Origin: Candidatus Bipolaricaulota bacterium
GTDB lineage: Bacteria > Patescibacteriota > Patescibacteriia > UBA11705 > DATKZF01
Length of the DNA stretch: 64,000 nt
Direction of reading: 5' to 3'
NCBI GenBank assembly: GCA_035528115.1
Contig: DATKZF010000003.1
Location: 150,699-214,698, forward strand
Below are positions 45,714-53,695 of the stretch, one piece after another. The notes below the pieces were generated by a model. That model had not been told where the DNA came from, ran no database searches, and saw nothing but the letters and a program-made list of their open reading frames with translations. Made by a program: the position numbers and the translations under genes. The stretch's first letter is position 1. The number at the start of each line of letters is the position of its first letter.

Positions 45714-45833
45714 TTAATTTATTCTCTCTATTGTACCCCAAAGCATGGCGCCAATCTCATCTGCTAACTTTACAACTTTTTCATATAAATCCAAATCTGT
45801 AATATTGTCATGAAATTTTATATTATTTTCCAT
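45714..45833 (-). pseudogene. Internally deleted four-helix-bundle protein gene (TIGR02436-like), 39 aa
   Basis: MENNIKFHD|NITDLDLYEKVVKLADEIGAMLWGTIERIN*: N- and C-termini resemble CPR four-helix-bundle proteins as I recall them; core missing; catga tracts on both sides. Confidence 0.6.
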
Positions 45834-45882
45834 AATTAATGATACATGACCGATCCGTGTTATATGATATATGTTCCATGAC

Positions 45883-47382
45883 TTACTTTCTGGCCTTTGG
45901 AGTAACGAAAAAGCCCAAATATTTGCCGAGCATCAATCTCGTTTGCGATTCGGCGGCGGGGATCGAACCGAAAACGATGAAAGTGATCGGCACCAGCGCC
46001 CATTGGCAAAGCATAATAATATATTTGAATCGACTGTGTGTTTTGGGCCTTTGCGGCAATAAAAGCAAACTGAATATGGCGCTGATCACGATGCCGGCCG
46101 TGGCCAACGTCATCAGCCATTCCAAAACAAAAGGCGCGTTTTGCACCAAGACGCTGTTTGATTCGGGCTGATATTTCACCCACCACAATGGCAATCGTCC
46201 CAACAAGAAAATCAAAATCGGCGCGGTCACCCAAGAATACATGCCTTCGATCATATTAAACAAATATTTTATTTTCTTGCCCAGCGGAATCAATTTTTTC
46301 TTCTGGTGAAAGTTGGACACCATGTACGGGAAATGCTCGACGCCATACGCCCAGCGGCGTTGTTGTTTGTATAAATTTTTAAAATTGTCCCAATATTTAT
46401 CGGCGAGCACCGTGTCCATGGACACCGGAATGTAAATCGGCGTCACCGTGTAATCACCGTTGTATTTCATGAAACATTGCAAAAATATTCTGGAATCATC
46501 GGTCACGATGTCGTGTTGCCAAAAATCCACGTCCACCAAGGCGCGCCAGCTCATACTGTGAGATGAAAAAGTAAACAGCCGCTCCGGCCTGGATAAATCG
46601 GTCAGCAACCAAAAAACCGTGCCGAAAGCGGTCACGCGCATGGCAGCCGGGGCGTCCCAGATATTATTGCTGTATAAAACGGCCGGCTGATATGAAGTTC
46701 TGGTCGGATTGGGATGAGTTAAATATTTGTACGCCAAACAGGCGAAAAATTTGGGATGAACCACGGTATCGCTGTCAAAATAAGAAACAATGATGTCATC
46801 GTACGGAATTTTCCATTCGTAATCGATCAATTCCTTGACTTGTCTGGCCGCATAAGCCGCATTGGCGCCTTTGGCCTTCATTTCTCCGGGCACATCGTCG
46901 GGATGCAAAGTTTTTACGAATTTGAAAAACTTATGTTTGTATTCTTTTTCGATTTTCTCGGAAACTTCTTCGAAATGTTTTTGAGCCCGCTCTTCGCCTG
47001 CCAAAACGACAATCATTTTATCGAGCGGATACGTGGAATTCACCAGACTTTCAAAAGTGGTTTTCAAAACCTCGTATGATTCATTATAAGTGGGCAAAAA
47101 AATCAAATGGTATATTTTCTGCCAATCCGGCACTTCTCTGACTTTGGCCGCCCAGTCTATTTTAGAGTCTCGATGAAATCTCCGCCAAGCGAAAGTGATG
47201 TGAAAAATAAAATAGCTGACGCGAAAAACCCAATACAAGTCGAAAACGATTATGAAATATATGGCCCAAATCGGTTTAACGAAAGACATGGCTATCGCTC
47301 CGATAAAAGTCGCCCAAATCAAAAAACCTGGAATCAATTCCAAAAATCTGTAATATTTGGTTTTGGGAGGATTAATGGCCAT
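45883..47382 (-). CDS. Membrane-embedded processive-type GT2 glycosyltransferase
   Basis: LPTYNE, KGAN, FDSD, TDDSR, QQRRWAYG (QxxRW), several TMs. Confidence 0.88.
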   Translation of the reverse strand: MAINPPKTKYYRFLELIPGFLIWATFIGAIAMSFVKPIWAIYFIIVFDLYWVFRVSYFIFHITFAWRRFHRDSKIDWAAKVREVPDWQKIYHLIFLPTYNESYEVLKTTFESLVNSTYPLDKMIVVLAGEERAQKHFEEVSEKIEKEYKHKFFKFVKTLHPDDVPGEMKAKGANAAYAARQVKELIDYEWKIPYDDIIVSYFDSDTVVHPKFFACLAYKYLTHPNPTRTSYQPAVLYSNNIWDAPAAMRVTAFGTVFWLLTDLSRPERLFTFSSHSMSWRALVDVDFWQHDIVTDDSRIFLQCFMKYNGDYTVTPIYIPVSMDTVLADKYWDNFKNLYKQQRRWAYGVEHFPYMVSNFHQKKKLIPLGKKIKYLFNMIEGMYSWVTAPILIFLLGRLPLWWVKYQPESNSVLVQNAPFVLEWLMTLATAGIVISAIFSLLLLPQRPKTHSRFKYIIMLCQWALVPITFIVFGSIPAAESQTRLMLGKYLGFFVTPKARK

Positions 47383-47392
47383 GTTTAATATT

Positions 47393-47566
47393 GTTACGAA
47401 TTACAATCATCTTGTAGGCCGATTAATATATGTTACAAATTACATTCATCCATGGCTTTATGCTTGAGAATCTTGTAATTCGTAACAAATAACCTGAAAG
47501 CTAAATAGAATCTTGTAATTCGTAACAGATAACCTGAAAGTTTAACAGAACATTGTAATTCGTAAC
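47393..47566. repeat. Dispersed element with terminal inverted GTTACGAATTACAAT cores and 40-bp internal period (MITE-like)
   Basis: Cores forward at 47393 and 47432, reverse at 47473, 47513, 47553; fills nearly the whole intergenic space. Confidence 0.9.
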
Positions 47567-48697
47567 TTAAATTAACTCTTCTATCAAGGTAATAATTATA
47601 CCCGAAAAAAACATGAAAATCAACCCCCAACCGAGAAACTTGAATCTCGGCAAAACATACTCCGGCTTTCTTTCTTTTGACTTTTTCGCCCGCCAATAGG
47701 TCAAAATCATGATGATGCCGGTCAGTCCCACAGCCACGCTGCCCACGATCGACAATGTTTTGATAAAAAAAGTATTGCCCAAAAGATAAATTACCATTGG
47801 CACTCCCGCCACCAAAAGCCATGAATAGGTTTTTTTCAAACGATAATCAAAATGGAAAAGTTGCCAGAGTGAAATGCCGATCGCCAAAAAACTGGTAAAC
47901 ATGGACACAACGGAAAATAAATTGGCCCAGACCAAAATCTTCGACCCCAAAGCCGCGCCCAGTCCGATCGTGGCCACTTCGGTCGCGTTGGTTCCGTTTA
48001 AGCCCAAAACCAAAAACGCGAATACTCCATACAAAACAATGGGCAAAACGCAAGCCATGACAATCGCGTTTTTCATCAATTTTTCTTTTCTTTCCAAAAT
48101 TTTCCTGACCGAATAAACGGAATAAATACCGCCATAAGCGAAAAGCAACACTCCGTATGGCACATAAAATTTGCTCAGGTCGATTGGATTGAAATTTTCG
48201 TAATTGATATGCGGCCAAATAATAAAAGCGATCACCAGCACGGCCAAAATTAAAAACGCGGTCATGACCAGTTCCACTTTTTTAATGACATTCAATCCGA
48301 TCCAAATCAAAAGCGATCCGATGACGGCCGCGGCCAAGCTGTACCAAAATGCTTCACCGCCGAAAATCGCCCGGCAGGCGATGCCTATGCCGATCATGTA
48401 AGCGGCCAAAGCTCCGAAATTGGCGAACAGCATGGAAAATCCTTCCAGCCGGCCGGCCCACTTGCCCACGTATTTTCTGGCATAGCCCATGAGCTGATGT
48501 CTTTGCTTGGTGCGCAAGATTATCTCGCCCATCATTAAGTTTATCAACAGCACGGCCAGACCCAGTAAAACCAGCATGGCCAGTCCGGGCCAAAAGCCGA
48601 ACCTTGAAATGGCGTATGGAACGCCCAAAATCCCCGCGCCGACAATCGTGCCGACCAAAGTGGCTATGGCTTGCCAATAGGAATAGTTTATTTTCAT
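47567..48697 (-). CDS. Aromatic amino acid permease family transporter
   Basis: GTIVGAGILGVPY, PYGVLLFAY, FTSFL; about 11 TM. Confidence 0.85.
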   Translation of the reverse strand: MKINYSYWQAIATLVGTIVGAGILGVPYAISRFGFWPGLAMLVLLGLAVLLINLMMGEIILRTKQRHQLMGYARKYVGKWAGRLEGFSMLFANFGALAAYMIGIGIACRAIFGGEAFWYSLAAAVIGSLLIWIGLNVIKKVELVMTAFLILAVLVIAFIIWPHINYENFNPIDLSKFYVPYGVLLFAYGGIYSVYSVRKILERKEKLMKNAIVMACVLPIVLYGVFAFLVLGLNGTNATEVATIGLGAALGSKILVWANLFSVVSMFTSFLAIGISLWQLFHFDYRLKKTYSWLLVAGVPMVIYLLGNTFFIKTLSIVGSVAVGLTGIIMILTYWRAKKSKERKPEYVLPRFKFLGWGLIFMFFSGIIITLIEELI

Positions 48698-48789
48698 AAT
48701 TTCCTCTTTATTCTACCATATTTTCATAAAGCATGGAACATTTATACGCAGCAAAAAAATCAAAAAGCAATAGCCTCAAGCTACTGCTT

Positions 48790-48825
48790 TATGATTCATG
48801 ATTCATGATTCATGTTCCATGATCA
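48790..48825. repeat. catgatt heptamer tandem tract
   Basis: atgattcatgattcatgattcatgttccatgatc, adjoining pyk stop. Confidence 0.75.
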
Positions 48826-50262
48826 ATTAACTTCTTTTATTTCCACGAAATTAACATTGCCGCTGGCGCCCACGGGCTCGCCGGCCACCAAAATGATTTT
48901 ATCTCCCTTTTTCACCAATTTATCGCCCTTAATATCTGAAATCGTGCGAGCAACCAATTCTTCCACGCTCTTGCAGGTCGAAATCAAAAACGGCTGAACG
49001 CCCCAGGACAAAATCATTTGTCTTCTCACGCGCTCATCGTCGCAAGACACCAAAATAGGCAATTCCGGCCGATAACGGCTGACTATTCTGGCCGTAAAGC
49101 CGGACAATGACGCCACCACGATCGCTTTGGCGTCGATGTTGTCAACCAGCATTTTCGCCACTTTGCCGATCGCTTTGTCCGTCGATTCTATTTTTTTGAC
49201 CTTATCTTTTAAAACCAAATCGTCATAAGTCGAATTCTCGGTGCGCTCCACGATTTTCGCCATGGTTTCCACGGTCTTAACCGGATAATCGCCCGTGGCC
49301 GTTTCGCCGGAAAGCATGACCGCGTCCGCGTGATCAATCACCGCGTTGGCCACGTCGCTGGTCTCCGCTCGAGTGGGCCGAGGATTTCTGATCATCGAAT
49401 CAAGCATTTGAGTGGCCACAATCACCGGTTTGGCCGCATCCAAGCATTTATCGATTATTTCTTTTTGCTTGATCGGCACTTCTTCGGACGGGATTTCAAC
49501 GCCCAGATCTCCGCGCGCCACCATCACCGCGTCGGTCGCGTCCAGTATTTCATCGAAATTTTTGACCGCGTCTTGGCGCTCGATTTTAACGATTATTTTA
49601 ATCGGGCGTTTGTTTTTTATTTTCAATTTTTTCTCAATGTCTTTGATCAAGTAGCGCAAATCATGCACGTCGCCGGCCTCGCTGACAAAAGACAACGCCA
49701 CGAAATCGACATTGTTTTGGATGCCGAATTCCAGATCTTCCTTGTCTTTATCGGTCAGAGCGGCGATGCTTAAAGCCACTCCGGGCAAATTAATGCCTTT
49801 GTCCGAAAACAATTTGCCGCCGTTTATCACTTTGCAATGAATGTCTTTATCAATGATTTTATGGACTTCAAAATCCAAAAGTCCGTCCACCATCATGATG
49901 TGATCGCCCACGGAAATGTCTTTGTGAAGCAAAGGATAATCGACCGGAATCAATTTACTCGAGCCTTGTTTTACTTTTTTCGTGGTAATGACGACCGTGG
50001 CATCGGTTTTAATATCCACGCCGCGCTTTGGCATGTTGCCCACTCTGATTTTCGGCCCTTGCAAATCCTGCATGATGGCGATCGTCTTATCCAAGCTTTT
50101 CGCCACTTTTCGAACGTTTGTCATCAATTTTTTATGATAGGCGTGCGTGCCGTGAGAAAAATTAAGCCGAGCCACGTTCATGCCGGCCTCGACCATTTGT
50201 TTTAAGGTTTCGATTTTATCCGACGCCGGACCGAGTGTACAGATTATTTTTGTTCTTCGCAT
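48823..50262 (-). CDS. pyk: Pyruvate kinase
   Basis: RRTKIICTLGPAS, RLNFSHG, DLQGPKIR, MVARGDLGVE, ATQMLDSM, PTRAE, MLSGETA. Confidence 0.98.
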   Translation of the reverse strand: MRRTKIICTLGPASDKIETLKQMVEAGMNVARLNFSHGTHAYHKKLMTNVRKVAKSLDKTIAIMQDLQGPKIRVGNMPKRGVDIKTDATVVITTKKVKQGSSKLIPVDYPLLHKDISVGDHIMMVDGLLDFEVHKIIDKDIHCKVINGGKLFSDKGINLPGVALSIAALTDKDKEDLEFGIQNNVDFVALSFVSEAGDVHDLRYLIKDIEKKLKIKNKRPIKIIVKIERQDAVKNFDEILDATDAVMVARGDLGVEIPSEEVPIKQKEIIDKCLDAAKPVIVATQMLDSMIRNPRPTRAETSDVANAVIDHADAVMLSGETATGDYPVKTVETMAKIVERTENSTYDDLVLKDKVKKIESTDKAIGKVAKMLVDNIDAKAIVVASLSGFTARIVSRYRPELPILVSCDDERVRRQMILSWGVQPFLISTCKSVEELVARTISDIKGDKLVKKGDKIILVAGEPVGASGNVNFVEIKEVN

Positions 50263-50267
50263 ATTGA

Positions 50268-50368
50268 GTTACAAGATGTACCAGATTTTTATACGAGATA
50301 GTACAGATTACAAAATTAGTTAATTATATGGCCACCGAACAACCAAAAAGCCAATAAGCTACAAGCTA
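50268..50368. repeat. tacagat-type and agctaca-type tracts
   Basis: gttacaagatgtaccagatttttatacgagatagtacagattaca; aaaagccaataagctacaagct (reverse complement of 2460 tract). Confidence 0.65.
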
Positions 50369-50722
50369 GGTCATAATATTTTCCAAATGTTCAATTTTTG
50401 GAGGAAAGCACAGCTCCACGAAAACCAAATCTATCTGCGGATCGAATTTTTCAAATTCGGGATATTCGTCCAAAAATTTTTCAAAAACTCTCAACATCTT
50501 TTCTATTTTTTTGTCGCTGATATTTTCTTCGGGCGAAAATTCAGCGTCCGGCATTTTGCTTTTGACTTCGCACAAAACGATGCTGTTGTTTTCAACCGCG
50601 ATCAAATCGATTTCTCCGCCCAATTTTTTGAAATTTCTGACAATTATTCGGCAACCTTTATTTTCCAAGAAACGCGCGGCAATATCCTCGCCGACTCTGC
50701 CTTTGGCCACCTGATTGGTCAT
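50366..50722 (-). CDS. YraN family putative endonuclease
   Basis: G..GE..AA.FL..KG..I..RN....GEIDLIA....EVK. Confidence 0.88.
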   Translation of the reverse strand: MTNQVAKGRVGEDIAARFLENKGCRIIVRNFKKLGGEIDLIAVENNSIVLCEVKSKMPDAEFSPEENISDKKIEKMLRVFEKFLDEYPEFEKFDPQIDLVFVELCFPPKIEHLENIMT

Positions 50723-50725
50723 AAT

Positions 50726-51277
50726 TTATCTTTTCATCAAAATATTGGCAAAATGGTCATCGCCCAGAGGCATTTCTCTTATTACCTCGAATTTCGCGCG
50801 GGTCAACCATCTTTTCAAATAATCAGCCGCGACTCGCAGTTCCTGCGGCGGGCCGTAAGAACTGGCGTTTCTCTTCCAATCGACCAGCAAAAGCTTGCCG
50901 CCGGGTTTGATCAAAGACGCCAACATCGAAATCAATTTGTTCCTGTATTTGATTTGATACAACACATTGACCAAAAGCGCGATATCAACAGCCGACAAAT
51001 TGCAATTCGACAAATTTTCCAAATCCAGCCGGCAAGCGTTGATTTGAGACAATTTAAGTTCCGCGCTTTTTCTGGAAATATTATCAATCGCCCGCGGATC
51101 AATATCCACGCAATGCACTTGACCGGACTTGCCCACCCTTTGAGCCAAAGGAAAAGTCCAATAGCCCTGATGACCGCAACCCAAATCCAAAACCGAATGC
51201 CCGGGGCTGACTTGAAGTTCTTCGAGCAATTCAGCCGGATTGTACGGATGATGATTGGTGAGAAAACTGTAAGGCAT
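50726..51277 (-). CDS. Class I SAM-dependent methyltransferase
   Basis: VLDLGCG, VHCVDID, KPGGKLLLVDW, GPP..R. Confidence 0.88.
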   Translation of the reverse strand: MPYSFLTNHHPYNPAELLEELQVSPGHSVLDLGCGHQGYWTFPLAQRVGKSGQVHCVDIDPRAIDNISRKSAELKLSQINACRLDLENLSNCNLSAVDIALLVNVLYQIKYRNKLISMLASLIKPGGKLLLVDWKRNASSYGPPQELRVAADYLKRWLTRAKFEVIREMPLGDDHFANILMKR

Positions 51278-51288
51278 AACTATAAAAA

Positions 51289-51528
51289 TTAAAACAAACG
51301 ACCCAAAGTGGCGCCGAGCAACTTGTTTTGTAAATTAACGATAACCGTAAAGCCGATTAAAATCGCGATAATGCCGATTAATTTCAGCAAAAATCTGGTG
51401 CCACCCGCGCCGAAAAATTTCTCGCCGAGCGACATGCTGCCGACAGCGCGATATACCGCGTCCGTCTTCCAAGTAATCATAAAACCCGCGCCGGCGATTA
51501 AAAATCCGATAATGATTCTGCTTATCAT
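51289..51528 (-). CDS. Small membrane protein
   Basis: 2 TM, EKFFGAGGTR..KLIG pattern. Confidence 0.7.
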   Translation of the reverse strand: MISRIIIGFLIAGAGFMITWKTDAVYRAVGSMSLGEKFFGAGGTRFLLKLIGIIAILIGFTVIVNLQNKLLGATLGRLF

Positions 51529-51691
51529 GCGATGTGGTTATTTTTCACAATGCGTTTATTATATCAAAATTTCGCTTTACGGGCAAAGATTTATGAACAG
51601 CGCAAACAAAAAAATCCCCGCTAAAACGGGAATTACATTTATGGCCGTGCAAATGGTGGAACACCATGAGCGAAGTCGAGGGGGAGTCGAA

Positions 51692-51779
51692 TGGTGCCGG
51701 GGACAGGATTTGAACCTGCACGAGCTTTCGCCCACTACCACCTCAAGGTAGCGTGTATACCAAATTTCACCACCCCGGC
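51692..51779 (-). tRNA. tRNA-Leu (GAG)
   Basis: GCCGGGG/CCCCGGC acceptor stem, CTACC-TTGAGGT-GGTAG anticodon arm, long variable arm GGGCGAAAGCTC, GGTTCAAATCC, ACCA. Confidence 0.96.
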
Positions 51780-51877
51780 CTACGCTCTCACTATGTTCGA
51801 GCTCCGGCCGGTCTTCGACTCCGCCCTCGGCCGTGAGCTCGGGCCGAACGGAGGTCTGACGATCTAGTCGCTCAGAC
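51775..51877. repeat. Nested REP-like palindromes at the tRNA-Leu 5' side
   Basis: ccggcctacgctc..gagctccggccgg followed by gtcttcgac..[tcggcc..ggccga]..gctcagac. Confidence 0.65.
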
Positions 51878-51966
51878 TCGAGGAGCAGCCGGCTGGCTCG
51901 ACTTTCAAATTTGAACTATATATCAAAAAAAGACGAACGTCAATCCGCTATTTCAATCGAAAAAAA

Positions 51967-52155
51967 TTATTCGATCGTAATGGCCGAAACAGGACAGCCG
52001 GCGGCGGCTTCTTTGATTTTGGCTTCATGCGCCGTAAAATCAACTCCGCCGATGATCTCGGATTTGCCTTCAGCGTTCAGCTGAAACACTTCCGGAGCCA
52101 CGCCGACGCAAAAGCCGCAACCGATGCATTTTGTTTGATCAACTTTTGGAATCAT
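51967..52155 (-). CDS. Single-cluster ferredoxin
   Basis: CIGCGFC...P.VF...CPVSAI. Confidence 0.93.
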   Translation of the reverse strand: MIPKVDQTKCIGCGFCVGVAPEVFQLNAEGKSEIIGGVDFTAHEAKIKEAAAGCPVSAITIE

Positions 52156-52180
52156 ATTATTACAAATGAGTAAAAAGGGT

Positions 52181-52336
52181 TGTCATCTCGACCGAAGTCG
52201 TCCGAAGCGTTAGCGAAGGATGACGAAGCGGAGAGATCTTTTCCTGTAATATTTATGGAAAAGATTTCTCCATTCCGTTCCCCCTCGACTCCCTGCCAGC
52301 CGACAGGCGCTCGGGGTCACTCCAGTCGAAATGACA
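52181..52336. repeat. Composite TGTCAT...ATGACA palindromic element with nested sub-repeats
   Basis: tgtcatctcgac..ggagagatct..agatttctcc..gtcgaaatgaca containing three smaller palindromes. Confidence 0.8.
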
Positions 52337-52372
52337 AATTCCCTTCTTTGTTTCATTTTTCAGGACTCACGA

Positions 52373-53158
52373 TTAAAACTTCCGATACCTGCCCACGATC
52401 AGCTTCAATTTTTTCTCGGCCACCTTCACTTTAATTGGCGTCTTCAAAACATACGAATTATCCAACTTTACGGGCAAATACTCGAAGCTTTTAATTTCCA
52501 ATTCCTTTGAAGGCAAAATTGTTTTGCTGTATTTGAAATTATTCTTTTTGGATTTTAAAAAACCCGTAACGCGGTTGCCTTTTTCAATGGTGACGATGTC
52601 AACAAGTCCGTCTTGAGGATTTATTTTTTCTAAAATTCTATTATTGGCAATGTCTTCTTTCTTGTAACAAAAATTGAATATTTGCACTTTTTGACACGAT
52701 GCTTGAGGAATAATACTGTACGTGTCTTTTTTAATGCCGATTCTCGACAAATTTTTTTCTATTTTAATATCCGAAAAGAAATAAACGTCATTGGCCAAAC
52801 CGAGATCGATAACTTCCACTTTTCTCGCCGCCAAAATATCGCAGGCCAATTCCTGCGGCGGAATGCCCAAAGATTCGGCGATAAAATTATCTTCGCCGAT
52901 CGGAATGATGCCCAAAGTCAAATTATGCTTGGCGACAATGTTTATCACTTTCAAAAAAGTTTTATCATTGCCGACCACCACCACGGTCTTAATGCCGTTT
53001 TTGACTTCATCTTCTATTAATTCATTAGCGCTTTTAAGCAATGACAGATGCCCGGGTTTTCCCTGAATTTCCAAATCCAGCAATCGAGTCCTGATTCGAT
53101 CAATGATTTTCTCGTACTTAGCATCGCTTAAAAAAGAGTCGTACAAATAATAATACAT
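52373..53158 (-). CDS. Diacylglycerol kinase catalytic-domain family protein
   Basis: VVVVGNDKT, LGIIPIGEDN.IA.SLGIP, IDLG, PQDG.VD. Confidence 0.75.
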   Translation of the reverse strand: MYYYLYDSFLSDAKYEKIIDRIRTRLLDLEIQGKPGHLSLLKSANELIEDEVKNGIKTVVVVGNDKTFLKVINIVAKHNLTLGIIPIGEDNFIAESLGIPPQELACDILAARKVEVIDLGLANDVYFFSDIKIEKNLSRIGIKKDTYSIIPQASCQKVQIFNFCYKKEDIANNRILEKINPQDGLVDIVTIEKGNRVTGFLKSKKNNFKYSKTILPSKELEIKSFEYLPVKLDNSYVLKTPIKVKVAEKKLKLIVGRYRKF

Positions 53159-53182
53159 ATTCCGCTCTTTTTTAATTGAAGA

Positions 53183-53623
53183 CTAAAAATCCACTTCTTC
53201 GTCCTTTACCGATTTATCCTCTTTTTTTTCTTTGTCATTATTAGTCGCCGGCATGGAAACGGCCACGCCTTCCCCCATTTCCACTTTTCCGTTAATGGTG
53301 GCGCCTTCTTCGACTTTTAACACTTTTGTCTTTATGTCTCCGTTCACTCTGGCGGTGTTCTTCAATTCGGTCCTGCCGTTAATCGTCAAATTACCATTGA
53401 TTTCCCCGGCCACCACGGTTTCGCCCGCGACGATCTCAGCATCTACTCGCGCGTTTTGACCTACGGTCAAATGCTTTTCAGTCTTTACGGAACCCACTAC
53501 CTGGCCTTCGACAATGATATTGCCCTGACTGGATAAATCACCTTCGATTTTAATCGAAGCGCCGATGACCGTGTCGCCCTCCTGAGGTTGATACTTGTTG
53601 TCGTCATCATGGTCTTTAAACAT
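53183..53623 (-). CDS. Bactofilin (polymer-forming cytoskeletal protein)
   Basis: TVIG....IEGDL...G.I.VEG.V.G.V; V.GDI....L.VEEGA.ING. Confidence 0.92.
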   Translation of the reverse strand: MFKDHDDDNKYQPQEGDTVIGASIKIEGDLSSQGNIIVEGQVVGSVKTEKHLTVGQNARVDAEIVAGETVVAGEINGNLTINGRTELKNTARVNGDIKTKVLKVEEGATINGKVEMGEGVAVSMPATNNDKEKKEDKSVKDEEVDF

Positions 53624-53695
53624 ATAATTTCAATTATTAGATCCCTCCTGATAATAAAATAAGCATCTTTATCTTAATATACCGAAGCAAAGTCG

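Noticed and set aside
45676-45741. N-terminal extension of the GT2 ORF (and 38968-39000 of dnaE)
   Set aside because: The extensions read through repeat tracts; family homology starts at the downstream ATG.
52180-52434. 84-aa ORF
   Set aside because: Translation of the nested palindrome, overlapping the end of the DAGK-family gene.
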